From Basidioascus undulatus (lineage: Eukaryota), in NCBI GenBank assembly GCA_000826855.1, contig JTLS01000025.1, positions 1 to 44,015 on the forward strand: a stretch of DNA of 44,015 bases, in the 5' to 3' direction. The notes under the pieces were generated by a model. The model was not told the DNA's origin and did no database searches. It saw nothing but the letters and a program-made list of their open reading frames with translations. A program made the position numbers and the translations under genes. Positions 11,901-25,683 of this stretch are shown here, one piece after another. Position 1 is the first letter of the stretch. The number at the start of each line of letters is the position of its first letter.

Positions 11901-11950
11901 CGCGCAACGCATCGACGCGCAACGCATCGACACGTAACGCATCGACGCGC
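11901..11950. repeat. 15-bp tandem repeat (3 copies plus a partial) upstream of the kinase gene
   Basis: CGCGCAACGCATCGA, CGCGCAACGCATCGA, CACGTAACGCATCGA, CGCGC. Confidence 0.85.
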
Positions 11951-12195
11951 CTTGTTTTTCAAACTCCTTCAAACATTTCAATCCTTGAGGGTGGGGCTCA
12001 GTCGGATTCAAAACAACGTCGGGAAGCTCAACTCTCACCTCGTCTCCCCACCTTTCCCTCAACCGTCTCGCTCTCTCCTCAGTTCGGCGCCTCGCCGCCC
12101 ATCCTCCTTGTCCTTCACCGAAATTCTTCTTCTTGCATCGACTGTGCTCCCTTTTGCTCGCCCTTTTCAACGACTCGACAAGACATCACAAGACA

Positions 12196-15100
12196 ATGAC
12201 CTCCGTTCTCCCTCTCCTCGCTCAACAATTCGTTGCGCCTTCGAGCCGTCTACCCCTCCTACCTTCGGCGTTGCCTCCCGCAGAGCCACCTCAGGACATT
12301 TTCAGTTTCACCGACGGGCAACTGGCTGCTCGCCTCGCCTTTGTCAAAGAAATCGGTATGTTATCGCTGTCGAGCTGCGGGCAGGGCAAGTCTCTAACGG
12401 TGCAGTCCTTCAGGTTGGGGAAAGTGAGTTCTCGCATATATTGCGTTGTTAAGATTGCCTTTCTCACAAGGGTTGGGGACGCAGCTGGGGCTCGACATGG
12501 CAATGCAAACGAAAGGAAGAGGACGGCTGTGAGGTGGGTCTTCCGATTGTGCACGCCCTCTCGACACGGATTGAATTGCGATATAAGGTGGCGGTCAAGC
12601 TCGTCCACAGAAACAAGACCCCAACAACGGCTGCCCGCGTCCGTGCCCTGTGCGTCCTCTTCTTTCCTGGGCGGCCAGGCCGGTGCTTACCTCCTGCGAA
12701 AGGTGGACGGAATTCAAGGTCTGCTCCTGATCCGGCTCATACTCGGACGATGTGTAACTAATGTCGTAACTGATAGGTTATTCGACACCTCTCCGCCCAT
12801 CCCAACATCATTCACTTCGAGGACTTCATCATTACTCCCTCGTACGGTTCGTCCTCTTCCACGCAGTTAAGCTGTCCGGACGCTTAGTTTACCGGACACT
12901 ACAAAGCCCTCATCACGATGCAGCTGCTTCCGACTACCATGCCTGTGGGCATTGATGAAGAGCGCGCCCGACAAGTAGGTCTGGCGACGACCGTCATACC
13001 GCACAACGATCTGACTGTACAGTGAGCGTGCGCAGTACTTTAAAGGACTGCTCTCCGGTTGTGCATTTCTGCACGGCAACGGCGTCGCTCATAACGATAT
13101 AAAGTGCGTCTTCGAGGCGATCTTTTCAGGTCGGGTGAAAGTCTTGCTGAAGAGAAGGCGACGCGCAGGCCAGCAAACATCATGCTGACGACCGAAGACA
13201 ATCCCGTTCTGCTCGATTTCGGGTTCGCGCAACGATACGAACTCGACTCTCCCGGAGCCTTCCAGTCATCGCTATGCTGGGGTACGCCCGAGGTGAGACC
13301 TGCCATGCCGTTCGATACGTTACTGTACCGCCGATGACACAGAAAAATGTAGTACTTGAGCCCGGAGCGCGCCAGCGGCAAGCTGCACGACGAGGTACGG
13401 CCCATATTCGCATTGATCCTGATCTTACTCATGTCCATCGATTGGTAGCGCCTTGCCGACGTCTGGTCGCTTGGGGTAACAGTCTTCGAGATCATAATCG
13501 GAAGAACGCCATTTGAGCTGGAGGGTACGTCCGCATGGCATGTACGTTGCGCTGTGATACTTACCGGCACGCTACTATAGGCCCGGTCGAAGAATATCAG
13601 AGCAAGGCCGAGCTGGATGCGTACTTCGCCCGCACGGAGACGGGCAAATGGGAAGGGACGTGGTCGCTATCACGTCCCGCAGAGGTTCTGTTGAAGCAGA
13701 TGATTCATCCGAATCCATGTTCGTGATCGTTTATTTTGCTGCTTCGGTCATATTCTAATAGAGACAACGGCAGCGCTGCGCATTTCGGCGTTGGACGCGC
13801 TCGTCTCGCCGTACTTTGATGAGCAGGAACATCTCAACAGTCTCATTTGTACGTCACCACCCGTCTCTGCTCATCACCACCACTCAGAACGCTCAATAGC
13901 CTTGCCTTCCAGGCTTTCCGTTGACATATACCTATTCTCCGTCACGGTACTCGCCGAAGTCTGCAAAGGCTCCCACCGCGCCTCCACTCTCACCTCTCGG
14001 TCCTACCGTCGAGCTCCAGCCCGAACCGTCGCTCATCATCGATGCCCGCCCGCTTTGGGAGGAGAACGCTGTCCCTGCCGTTGTGAAAGCGCAGCGTTCG
14101 CCTGCAAAGCGTAGGCCCGTCATGGTTTTGCAAGACGCCAACACCTGTGAGTTGAACCTGCCATATCTGCTACATCTCGACCACTGCTGACATCGCGCTC
14201 GCCTTCAGCTCTAAGTACCAAGTCGCGCTCCACGCCTCGCACCCGCACCGCCAGCATTCGCGGCTCGCCGCGTAAAGACGCCAGTTGCGCGTCCCCGCGC
14301 AAGCCGTCCCCGCGTAAGCGCCGCGACATCCCGCGGGCGGCGCGCAAGAACGACGAGAACGTCGTTCCGGTCAACGTGAAGGTTGGAACTGCGAGCGGCA
14401 AATGTGTCTTCTCGACTGCCCAGAGCACTAGGGTCCCCCTCGGCGGCGTGCCGGTGAAGGAGACGGTTGTGAAGTCGGAGCTTGTCGCAACGAAGGGTCA
14501 GTTGAATGTGTTCTGACGACTTCCGTCGCATAACTGACAACCTTTTATTGCTTCGGGCAGCGCTGGAAACGAGGCCGGTTCAGACTGCCGCAACTCCCAA
14601 GCTCCCTTCCACCAAGAACGCCACAAGTCCGGTCGTGTCTCGCGCGGATGGGATCAAGCCGGCACTCCCGTCGCCCAACGCCCGCACTCCATCGCCTACC
14701 AGCCGCATTGGGCGCGCGATGTCGGTCCTCAGCGTCGGCGAGCGGAAAAGCGGGGAAAGCGGGCGAGGGAGCCCGCGTGCCGGTGCGTGATATTACATTT
14801 GAGACCTTCGAAACCTCATGCTCACGTTTACAATCGGCCGGTCTCCGTAGTCAAAGCTTCCCTTCCGATCCACGCTGTCGCCGCAGCAACGCAAGCTGTC
14901 GGACTCGAAAACCGGCTAGACCGTGTTCACCTGTGGGTGGCGAATCGTGAGTTTGCCTTCGCTGCTTCGGTAACTCATTTGAACACGAGCGAGAGCTAAG
15001 GGAACCGATATACAGTCGAGCGCGCTGTACAAGAAGCGCAGGCGTCGTTCGCGACCGGCATGCAACCCCCGCTCCCGCCCATCCCCGTCACGCTCACGCC

Positions 15101-16245
15101 GACGCCGACGCCCACCAAGCCCCCTCCTCGTGAACGTGCGACGACGGTGTGCCGCACGACGCTGCGGGGCACAAGTCACCTCGGTACGCCGCCGCAGGGC
15201 AAGCAGGTCGCTTTCCCCTCCGCATCCGAGGACGACACGGTCAAGCTCGAGCCCGCCGGGCTGCTCAAGACGACGCAGGCGACCCAGGCGACCCAGGCGA
15301 GCACCGAGTGCCTTGTTGCGCCCAAGGACATCGTCGACGACGCGGCGCGTCCGTCGGTTGCTGTCGAGACGGATGAGGCTTCGCCTATCGTTCCGGAGAA
15401 GCCAAACAGTATGTTTCTTGGCGCTCTTGGATGCGACTGCTCATAACTCAAAATTTTCACTGCTGCAGCGACCAGCGACCTCGTCAAACCCATCTCGGCC
15501 GATCCTCTCGCTCCTCACCTTCCGCGTCGCGGCCACCGGGTGCATCTTCTTTCTTCATTGATCAATGGTTCCTCGACGAAGACGGCTAACATAACGCGAC
15601 ACCCGCAGCGCATTCCCACGCCGTACCGGTCTATCCCGCAAATTACCCTCTCGTCGACGTTTGTCGACCCCGCGGATGAGCACGTTGATGAGACGCCGCC
15701 GACGCCGCCGCTGGACAAGATCGTCGCGCGTGCTTCGTACCTCAAGTCCGCGCTTGGGGACCGCACCATCGTACTTCACGACGTCCGTCTCCTGTACCCC
15801 TCCCCCGCAGTCACCTGACTTCCCTCATACTAATCACCCTGATTCGCGCAGCCGACCGACACGCCGATCGAGCAGTTCTACGAGCGCCACCTCCTCGCGT
15901 CCGGCATCACCAAGAACGGGAACGGCTTCGAGTCGCTCGGTCGGAGCGCCAGGCGCGAGCACCGGAAGCTCGTCAGCCAGGACGCGAAGCGCCGACGCTC
16001 CCTCCCGCTTCTTCGTCTTCCTCTCGCGCCCGAGAAGGTCGCTTCGGCCCCGGCTGTTCCGCCAAAGACGCCCGACGCTCGTTCGGACGCCCCCGCGCCC
16101 GAGGAGAAGACCAAGTCGCCGTCGCGTTTGGGCACGTTGGTGCGCTCGCTCATCCGCAGGAAGAAGGTACGTGCGCTGCTTGCAGGTGTATGTTCAATAC
16201 GGACGCTGACGAGTTGATGCGGTGTTTCTGCACATGCAGCTCTAA
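12196..16245 (+). CDS. Ser/Thr protein kinase: N-terminal catalytic domain and long low-complexity Pro/Ser/Thr-rich C-terminus
   Basis: Spliced motifs EIGWGNWGSTW (10-nt micro-exon 12414-12423), VAVKLV, HPNIIHF, AHNDIKPANI, LLDFGFA, WGTPEYLSPE, DVWSLGV, GRTPFE; ends LIRRKK|L* (TAA 16243-16245). C-terminal exon boundaries are less certain. Confidence 0.9.
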
Positions 16246-16835
16246 GGACAGCCACCCTCCGAGGACGACTTCACACACGATACCCACATACGCATTTACG
16301 CTTTTAAGCCCCCATATATTTCATTTTTCCCCATAATCTATGCACCCTACACTCTTTCGCATCTGTTTTTCCCTCCCACGCATCCCGACCCCGCTATGGC
16401 ACCCCACCGTCGCCGCTTACGTTGCACGTCTATCTCGTCTCCGCTTTCTGCCCCTGCTGGACAGTCGTGTTCCTTGGTTTCGAGTCTTGTCGATTTTATA
16501 TTTCTAGCGATGCTTCGAATATCACATGTGCCTGTCTCTATAAGCATGCTGGTGGGCACTGCACAGCCTTAAAAAAGGAAGCTAGCGAAACTGCACTGCG
16601 GCAGCGTCAAAGGTCTTTCTGAGGTTGCGAGATTCCCTCACGCGCATGCGTGTTATCGGTTCTCCCGGAGTCCACACCCTTCCTACCCCAACAGAACGTG
16701 CAAGATCGAGCGATGATAGATGGTGCGAATGCAGAGAAAAAGCGATAATCAGGGTCCATGCCCTTTCCTCCTAGACTCGCCCGTCCGAATCCCTCCAACG
16801 CAAGTGCAGGCACTACCACCCAGTTATTGACCTCT

Positions 16836-17438
16836 TCATCTCCCTGCACCCCCGGCTTGCTTTCCCCGGCCGGCCGCGCCCTCCCGCAGACCCGCCTGCG
16901 CCTCGGGGACGTACGCTGCCGAGCCGTGGGCCGGAAGCTCAAAGTCCGTCTGCGGCGCCATGCTCGGGATCCTCTCCCTCCCCGCCCCGCCGCCGCGCCC
17001 CGGCAGGCCCGACCAAACTCTGAGCAGCCGGTCCTTGACCGACCCGCGAGTGGTATTGGCGTTGCGGACCGCGGGGCGGCGCGGGGTGCCCCAGTGCGCG
17101 TCCGCAGTGTCCCACGCGTCGTCGTCGTACTCGTCCGCCCAAACTTTCTCGGGCTTCTTGCGGCCGACGAGGAGCCAGTACGCGAGGACGGAAACCCCGC
17201 CTACGACAAATATGACGATGAGCGCGATGACCCAGCCCGAGAGGCCGCCGGAGCTGTTATCGCTGTTCGAGGACGGATCGTCGCGGATGGACAGGCTGCG
17301 AGAGGCGCAGGCGAGGCGTCAGTCCGAAAGAAAACACTTGCTCGGCATGTTGGTGGACGAGACGCACGGCGAACCCCATGCTCCTTGTGCAACGCACGCT
17401 GCGAGGAGAGGCGAGAGATGGGCTCCAAACACGCGCAT
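16836..17438 (-). CDS. Small hypothetical single-pass membrane protein
   Basis: Two-exon model MRVFGAHLSPLLAA|LSIRDDPSSNSDNSSGGLSGWVIALIVIFVVGGVSVLAYWLLVGRKKPEK...GAGR*. The TM helix is followed by basic RKK. GTGCGT donor, CTGAC branch site, CAG acceptor. Start is tentative. Confidence 0.55.
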
Positions 17439-18021
17439 GACGAGAGGAGCAACGAACTTGAAACGAAACGGATGCGGTCGATGCAAGAGAACCGGAAGGG
17501 GCCTGCTCGTACGGAGGTGAGCGTGCAGCTCTGACGATGGTAATGGTGGTTGGTCAAAGAGGAATGGACTAATAAACAACAAATGCAGAGGGGATAGGCT
17601 CGGAGCAACGGCGTCGGGGTCAAGGGGAGTGACGGAACGGGCCGTCGCTGTCTGTTACAAACGATATTGACTGCGGAGTCTCGACAATAATGATCGTGGC
17701 ATACTCGAAACGCTTTTGGATCGAAACGCTTGTGGATGGTCTTGAGATTTTTCCTGAGATCTTTCATAGGACAGAAGATGGAAAACGTGAAAAGATTACA
17801 CGCATTCAATACCGGGAAGTTGTGAGCCCTGCTGTCAGGACGCTGCAGCTGCTGGCAGTCTGCCTGTCACGTCGAGGATCCGCGCCTAAGCCGGACATCG
17901 CACGCAAGCCAATGAGAGTTAAGAAAAGGAGTGAAGGAGCAAGTCAACATAAGTAGGGTGTGTATACAATAAACGTCGTGTCCCGCATCCCCTCCATCGC
18001 CGAAAAGAACAAGTCCCCGCA

Positions 18022-20487
18022 TCACGCCCTCTCCCCTGCGCCCACCTGCCCCACCTTCTCCGGCTCGTCCTCGTCCGCGTCCGCGTCCTCGTCGCCGTCG
18101 CCGAGCGACGTGCGCCTATCCGCCTCCGTGCCCAGGCCCTCCTTCTCCTCGCCCTTCTGTGCGACCGTATCGATCCCCGCGGCCGCAAGCGGGACGCGCC
18201 GGCGGTGCGTCAGGTCCGCGTTGCCGCGCTTGCGCGGGCGCTTGAAGCGGCGGCGAGCGACCTGGGGGGGCAAAGGGAAGGCGTGCGCATGAGCGGGGGA
18301 ACGGAGAAGAGGAAAAGAGGAGGTACAGACCATCACGGGTACAGATGACTTTTGGACAATGTAGTGGGAGGTCGAGCCGAGGAGAATGCTGCAATTCGTT
18401 CCGTGATGGTCAGCAGCCCACCCAGCTAGCGCGAACAGAGGGAGCTTCGGCGCTGCACACCCTTTCAAGTTGCCCAGCCCCCGCGAACCAACGATTGCGA
18501 GCCTGCACCCGCGTCGCAAACCCCACAACGTTCAGTCCTTCCCTCTAATCCATCACCCATCCAACCCCACCGTGCCTACTCACGTCGGCTCAAGGTAATC
18601 AATCATATCTGTCGCAGCACGCACAACCCCGCACGCATCAGCATCCTCGCGCATTCCCCCCGTAACGGCCAGAGAGCTCGGACGCACCCAAAAGCATATG
18701 CCTCGAGTTCTTCGCGTGCACGGCCTGGCAGATGATGGTGACGTGGAGCTTGGTGCGCTGGAGGAGGGAGATGGCCTGGCGTGAGAGCAGCTGCGCGTAG
18801 GTTTGACGCTGGGGTTTCGTTCCGGTGTATCAATCAGTCAGTCTTACTTGAGGGGAGGGGGGTTGGGGGGATGCATGGAAGAAAGGAGGGCTGTGGGCGA
18901 GCTGGTGGTGGGAATGGACACACACCTCACGCTGGTGCCGGATGCGCGCGGCGCTGTCGAGCTTCTCGCCCTCCACCGGGTCGACTGGGGAGATGGCTTC
19001 TTAGTGAGCCGATTGACGCAGAATGCGGGCGGCACGGAAGGGCGGGAGACGAGGGCAGGCCAGTGCCGATAGATGGAAACAGAAACACGCACGCTTGGTA
19101 TCAGTCTCTTGCACCGTGCCGATAACGCACTCGTCCCCATCCCGGAGCACAGTGCCGATGGCCCACTCGACGGCGTACTTGCTCTCGTTGGACAGATCGC
19201 TCGCGACAAAGTACCTCTTGCCCTTCCGCCCGCTCTGCTCCAGCGCCTCCTCCGGGTTCTACCTCCTCCCTCTCCATCAGCCTTTAACCATCCCATTTCC
19301 ACCCTACATCCCTTCCCTCCCCGCCCCAACAGACACGCACCCCGTGCACAATGACAACCGTGCACCGGTCCCGCTCGAATTTCGCCGGGCGCGTGATAAG
19401 CGGGAGCGGGTCGACGCGCGTCGACGGCTTGCGCTGCCTGCGCGCGCCGGTGTAGGACGACATCGAGCCGAAGTTGGGCTCGGCCGAGCGGAGGATGTTC
19501 GGGCCCTCGTCGAGCAGCGCGGGCGGCTCGTCAAAGAACTGCTGCTGCTCGCCGGATATGTCCCCAATCGGCGTGAATTGGGCGTTGAGCTCTGTGGGGG
19601 AGGGTAGGGGGAGGGTTTTGAGCATGAGGGAAAGGGGTGAAGGGGCAGGGCTGGGACGGACCGGTGTTCATCTCGAGCTCTTCGTCCGTCGACCAGTCCT
19701 CCAACTCGGACTCAGAAAGCTCCTCATCTGAAGCGCCCTCCTCACGCTCCTCGTCCGTATCCACAAACGCGTTGTCTGGTATCCCGCGCAATCCCAACCC
19801 GCATCAGCCATCTCCACACCCCTCAGCTAACAGGCCGCCCATCAACGTACGCTTCGGCCGGACAGCGTTCTCCTCCGCCAGATCGTCCCAGTCGCTATCC
19901 GCATCCACGTCGCTCTGACTCTCCCTGAGGGGCTCCGCACTGGGACTGCGCCTGCGACTAAGCGAGAACCGACCGCCGCTGGCGCTGCGGCCCTCCCTCG
20001 TGCGGCTCTCGCTCCGACTGCGGTCGCGCCCGCGGTCCTCGTCCTCGCCCTCGCTCTTCTCCCCGCTCCCGCCCGCGCCGCCGCTCTTGCTCTTGCTAGA
20101 GCGGAAGGCAAGCGAGAAGCGGCTGCGGCCCCTGCGCTTCTCGGCGGGGTGGACCTTCTGCTCGTCGTCGGACGAGGGGACGTCGCTGTCGGTCACGGAC
20201 AGGCTGGGCACCTTGCGGTGCAGCGTCGAGGCTGTGGTGGACATGGAGTCGGTTGAGGGGCGGGGGTTTAGGGACGATGCGCCGGTGGAGGAGCGGTCGA
20301 GGGCGGCGCGGAGGAGGTCGTTGGCCTGTTGGGAGTAGATGTTCACGGGCGAGGAGGAGGGGGAGGGCGGTGAGCGGCTGAAGGAATCCAAGCGGAAGAG
20401 GCGCGGGATGCGGGTGCGCTTGAAGGAGGAGGACGAGGTGGATGTGGCTGAGGAGATGGACGAGATGGACCAGCCAGAGTTGGACAT
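18022..20487 (-). CDS. Universal stress protein (Usp)-domain protein with long Ser/acidic N-terminal extension
   Basis: RYFVASDLSNESKYAVEWAIGTVLRDGDE; HVTIICQAVHAKNSRHMLL..IDYLEPT; AIVGSRGLGNLKG|ILLGSTSHYIVQKSSVPVMV, the Usp signature. Confidence 0.9.
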
Positions 20488-21314
20488 GGACTTTGGGGGA
20501 GTGTGGTGTGGGGAAGGGGAGGGGGGTGGGGAATGATGGGGTGTTGGGATGATGGTGGTGCGGAGACAAGGAACGGGAAAGACAAAAAGATGGAATAGAG
20601 TCAGGAACGGAACAGAGACTGGCGCTGACCTCGTCGTGTGAGACCCGGCCTGACAATGCCTGAGTGATTGAACCGTTGAGTCAGTGTCGTGGGACGAGGA
20701 TGAGATCCAAGAGTCCAAGCAGCCCGACGCACATAATCCGCCGCCCGCTGCACATTGCCGTTGTGTCTGTTTGGCGGCGCATGTACCCCGTATAAGAACC
20801 GCAGCAACCCGGTCAGGATGTCAAGCAACTCAAGTGAAGGGAATGGTTGGTCGCTTGCACCGCCTCCGCGTTATCAAAGGGGCTCAGTGCACAAGCACGT
20901 ACCTGTCGAGCGCGTACTGCGCCGTATGCTCTTTAATCCCGAGCTCGAGTAGTCGGTCCATTAAATGTTACTTTCAGTGATATGTGAGTGTTAGTCGCGG
21001 AACACGCAGTTGCAATGTGCGATAGAGCGGAGCGAGGCGATGGTGATGCAGATGCGGCAGGGGAACGATGACAGGGTTGCGTGAGCGAGTGGATCACCTT
21101 GGCCCGAGCCTTCGTCCCGCTTCGGCTGCCGACCACACGTGCACACAGCTCGCCGTCTTCTCCATTTCATTTTCTTCTTCATGTTCATCTTGATTTTATT
21201 GGACAAGAGAAGAACATTATTGGAGCGATTCAGGCGCACGGGGATATATGCGATGCAAACACTCCTCTGAATCCCCTAGCGTCGCACAGGCATGATGATC
21301 CAGTCTCCAAGCCT

Positions 21315-24300
21315 TCACTTCGCAGCACCCTGCTTCTCAACGGGCTTCTGCACCTTCCCAACCTCCTTGGCAGCCAACGCCTTACTCCACTCCCTCAGCA
21401 CATTCTTCTGAACCTGTCCTCGCCCACCCCACAAATCAACGTTCCGTCCCCTGCGATCCCACCTTCCCTCGCCCCCACACACGTACCTTCCCACTCAGCG
21501 TCTTCGGCAGCTCCTCCTGGGCGCCGTCCTCGCCGACGAACCACACCCACGCGGGCGCCGCCTGCGGGCCCGCAACGCCCTTCGATACGCGCGCGCGGAC
21601 GTCCTCGCGCGTGAGCGAGCGCCCCGCGTCGTCCGGCGTGCGCACGACCCACGCGCCGACTACCTCGCCGTAGACCGCGTCGGGCACGGCGATGATCGAG
21701 GCTTCGTAGATCCCAGGCGTGCCGTCGAGGCAGTTCTCTGCTCATAGGAGGTGGGGGTTGGGGGTTGTAAGAGGATGGGAGATGGGAGCCTGGAGGTGGG
21801 AGGGCACGAACCGACGACGACGGGGAAGATGTTCTCCCCGCCGCGGATGATCAGGTCTGCCACACGAAGCCCGTATGTCAGCATTGGTAGTCCTCTTCCT
21901 GAGAGCAGGCTTTGCGCTCACCCTTGATCCGCCCGACGACCCGCAGCTTCCGTCCGCCCCCAACGTCAAAATGCGCGCGAAACAGAGATAAAGCCCATCA
22001 ACTCACGTATCCCTCTTCGTCCATGATGCACTCATCCCCCGTATGCAGCCACTTCGTCTCCCCATCGCCGGGGTGCGTCTGAATCATAGCGTTGGTCTGC
22101 TCTTCGTTCTTCCAGTACCTGTCCGCTTCTCCTCATCAGTCCTCACCCCTCACCCCTGACCCCTCTCCACACGCACCCTTTCTGCAGAGAATACCCCGCC
22201 ACGCAGAGCTCGCCCGGCGTGCCTGAGGCGCTCGGGCAACTCATCAGCGCTGCTCGATCTCAAGGGGGTTGAGTATGAGCATGAAATGCGACTCACCGAC
22301 GGGTAGGGCCTTCCCCTCGGGGTCGCCGGGCTGGACGATCTTCGCCTGGAGGTGCGGGCGGATGCGGCCGACGGTCTCGACGCGCTGCATTCGCAATACA
22401 TCAATTGGGCTGCTTCGTTATCTTCCGTAGCCCGAATGCTGACCTTGATCAGCGGGTCATCCGTCTGAGTCTGGAACGATACCGGGCTGCTCGGTGATAT
22501 CTTTTAGCCTGCGTCGCAGCTGACGGTCGAGAGCACGGGAGCGCACCTCGTTTCCGCTGAAGAAGGGAAGAGGCTAGACGCGTCAGTTCTCGAAGCCCTG
22601 CGTCGAACGTACAATACGTACTCATGCCATATGCGTTCGTGAGCTGTTCATGTTCTTCGGTCGGTCAGCGAAGCTCCTACGGTATCTCAGGTGCTCAAAA
22701 GTTCCCACCTGAGTCAAGTTGATCCTCTTGATCAGTCTCCGCATCCTGCTCGCACGTGGTGAGCATCTCAGCCTGCGCGCTACGACACCCAACGACATCT
22801 CGCGACTCACAAGTCCATTGGTACCGGCGACCCGGCAGCGATCCCGGTCCTGTCCCACCTGATGGTTGAGCGCTCGTCCAGATTGCAGTTGGCCGTGCAC
22901 CTTACCGAAGGGTCGAGAAGTCCCACTCTGCCCCTCGGCCGGCCGCTTCTTCCTGGTCGAGGATCGCGAGCTCGGAGATGAAGTGCGTGGGGACGCTGTT
23001 GGTTAATGCGTGCGTCACAGTCGCCGTTGGTAAGAAAAAGAAGTGTGCTGAATGAACGGGGGGAGGAACGAGGTGAAAGGAGAGGAGGAGAGGACGAACC
23101 CGTGTAATGCTGTGGCTCGCTCTTGCACGACTGCTTCAAGCGTTGCGCGCGGGTCGAATGAGTTTGCGGCATCTGTGCAGGCCCATCAAGAATGTCAGCG
23201 TACTCTCTCCACCGGCGGAATCCTTGATTGGAGATAGAGCTTACAAACGATTGTCGAGCCGTGCGTCCACGCAGCGAGGTTCCCGAGCTGTGCCGTAAGA
23301 CGAGGACGATGAGCGGTCTAAGTGAGTTGGTGCCCACAGCGCGAGTTCGAAGTAAACCTACGCAGATACCCTGATGCAGTCCCGTTCCATCAGCACACGA
23401 TCCGCGCGACCGAGGGTGATATGAACACGGCGCACGAAGCAGTGAAAGAGGGGAGCAGGGTTGACGAGGATGTCGTCCGGTGTCAGACGCATTGCATCGC
23501 CTATTTGTAGGCCATTATTGAGCAGGTTGCGGTGGGTGAGCTGTGTTCGTCGCCCGTCAGTGCCGCGCAGGTTTGGGGGAGGGGGATGGTGAGATGCCGA
23601 AAGACGCACACAAACAGCCTCTGGGCGGAGCGGCCGCGGCGCGTCAGTGTTTACACATCACGGCAAGTGTCAAATAGGGAAACATAAGAATGGGACTCAC
23701 TCGGTAATCCGGTTGTCCCCGACGTAAACTGCATGTTGATAACGTCCTCATTGGACGCGTCCTTCGCTCTGGCCTTCAACCTCCCATCTCCCAGCCCACC
23801 ATCCTCCACCCGCACATCTTCGTAGCGCGCGACTCCGTCATACCCATCCGTCTCGACCCCAAAGAGCACGACGCTCTTCAGCTCCGGCAGAGCTTCTTCC
23901 TGAAGCTCGTGGGGGCGCCCGGTCTTCAGCCCGGGGAGAAGCTCGGAGAGTGGAACGAGGAAGAGCGCTTTGGCGCCGACCAGGCCGAGGAGCGAGACGA
24001 GGGATGAGGGTGTGTATGCGGGATTGAGACAGACGAGGATCGCTCCAATACGCGCTGTTGCCCATTGAAGAGTCGCGTAGGCAGAACTTTTATTGCGAAA
24101 GACCGATTGTCAGCAGAGCGTTTCCAGCCGCAACGTGAGATAAGAGGGACCTCACTTGTTGCCCATCAAGATCGCTACTCGGTCACCCTTCTCAATGCCC
24201 ATCTTTATCCTGTTCCGTCCCGAGGCTCAGTTTAAGCGCTCTTGCAAGATGAACGACAACTCACAGTCCCCTCGCAACCTCATCCACGCGCTCGTCCATA

Positions 24301-24635
24301 GTCCGGAAGTCCCATCTCAAGCACCCCTGCCCGCCAGGCTCGTCCGACTTCTCATGTCGCGAGATCAAAGCGGGCAGATCTCCATGAGGCTCAAGGATGT
24401 GTCTCTTCCAGTATTGGGGGAGAGTGAGTTCGAAGAGAGGGGGATGCGACTGTAGGCGATTACTTTGAGCGTCATTCACTCTCGCGGGAAGATGAGGAGA
24501 ATGGCCTAGGCTAACCTCGCCCTGCACCCGAGAGAGTCCATTCTGCGGCAAACGCGCTGGGAAGGCGCTGGTCGACCGGACGAGACGGAGAGCTCGATGG
24601 GAGAGATGAGGTCGGACGCGTCGCGCGGCGTGCAT
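21315..24635 (-). CDS. AMP-dependent acyl-CoA synthetase (ACSF2-like), probably mitochondrial
   Basis: Arg-rich N-terminus [99 protein letters not shown]; stop at 21315-21317. Contains 10- and 11-nt micro-exons. Confidence 0.92.
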
Positions 24636-24836
24636 TCAGGCTGCTGGAAGGACGAGATTCGCTGTCGGTACGTGCCTCGCTGGCGTTTTTTTTTGGCTCG
24701 TTATGGATGTCGGAGAACAAAGATGCGGGTTGAAATGCGTGCTCTGTAAGGTGGCATCTCCCAGCCTGGGGCCGCTGCAAGGGCGATATGCACTTCCGGC
24801 AATCGGGACGCGTTTCTTTTCGAACCGGATTAAGCA

Positions 24837-24844
24837 CACGTGAC
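24837..24844 (-). promoter_or_regulatory. bHLH E-box (GTCACGTG, Cbf1/USF-type) about 200 nt upstream of the acyl-CoA synthetase ATG
   Basis: CACGTGAC on the + strand is an exact match to RTCACGTG. Function is inferred from position only. Confidence 0.3.
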
Positions 24845-25683
24845 GTGAAATGACAGGTGACTGCCCCGGTATCGTCGGCCCGTGTAGATTACGAGGCCAG
24901 GTGGGTGTACCAGTGCTAGCTGGGATAAGGGCCAGAGAGACGATTTTCTAGGTCACAGCCTTGCTGAGCAAAGAAGTTAAGGAAAAGTGAAGGAAAAGTT
25001 CGAGGACGAAGTCCACGTTCTGAGGCGGTATGAAGCCGCCCTGCATGCGTCGACGCGTGCCTCGGGCGCAAGGGCTATCATGCAAGGGCAAACGAGTTGA
25101 TGGCGGAGAAAAAAGACGAAGCATCAACCTAAACCAATCTACCGTGCTTCTTTTCCAGTTGGTGGTCAAGGTCGATCCAGAAGTCGTGCTGCTGGTCGCT
25201 GACCTTTCAAGGCGAGGAACAACAGCTAGCAGCTCTAGAGATCCTCAACGCGAGGTGTCCTGATGTGCTGGAGATAGACTACTGGCGTCCAACCTGCACC
25301 CAGCATGCACCGGCTAGAAAGCATTCTGAGCATAATAACGCGGCTGGGACCTTGCGTTAGGCTTGTACTGCGCAGAATCCTTGTTCCCGAACTGTCGCCA
25401 GCGCTTGTATAGCACAGCTGTTGCCCTTTTCAGTGTGCACCCATCTCGGACGAAGGCCTACCGACCAATGGATATAGCACGGGGACTGTGAAGGGTTGTC
25501 AGTCCGCCTATATTTCGGAAGCCTTTGCGGGAGGAGCTGTGTTGACGCCCATGGATCGCTTTCGCAGCGGCCGCCGCACGCTGAACACGTTCACAGTTCA
25601 GTTCACGCAACCCGGGTGACAGTCCTTCTAGCAAAAAGGTAGGCATCCAAGCTGTTGTTGTGTTGGAGATTAGGTCCATCAAT

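Noticed and set aside
11901..11950. CRISPR-like or pheromone-repeat array
   Set aside because: Contiguous 15-bp units without spacers, eukaryotic context, and no short ORF ending in a CAAX motif.
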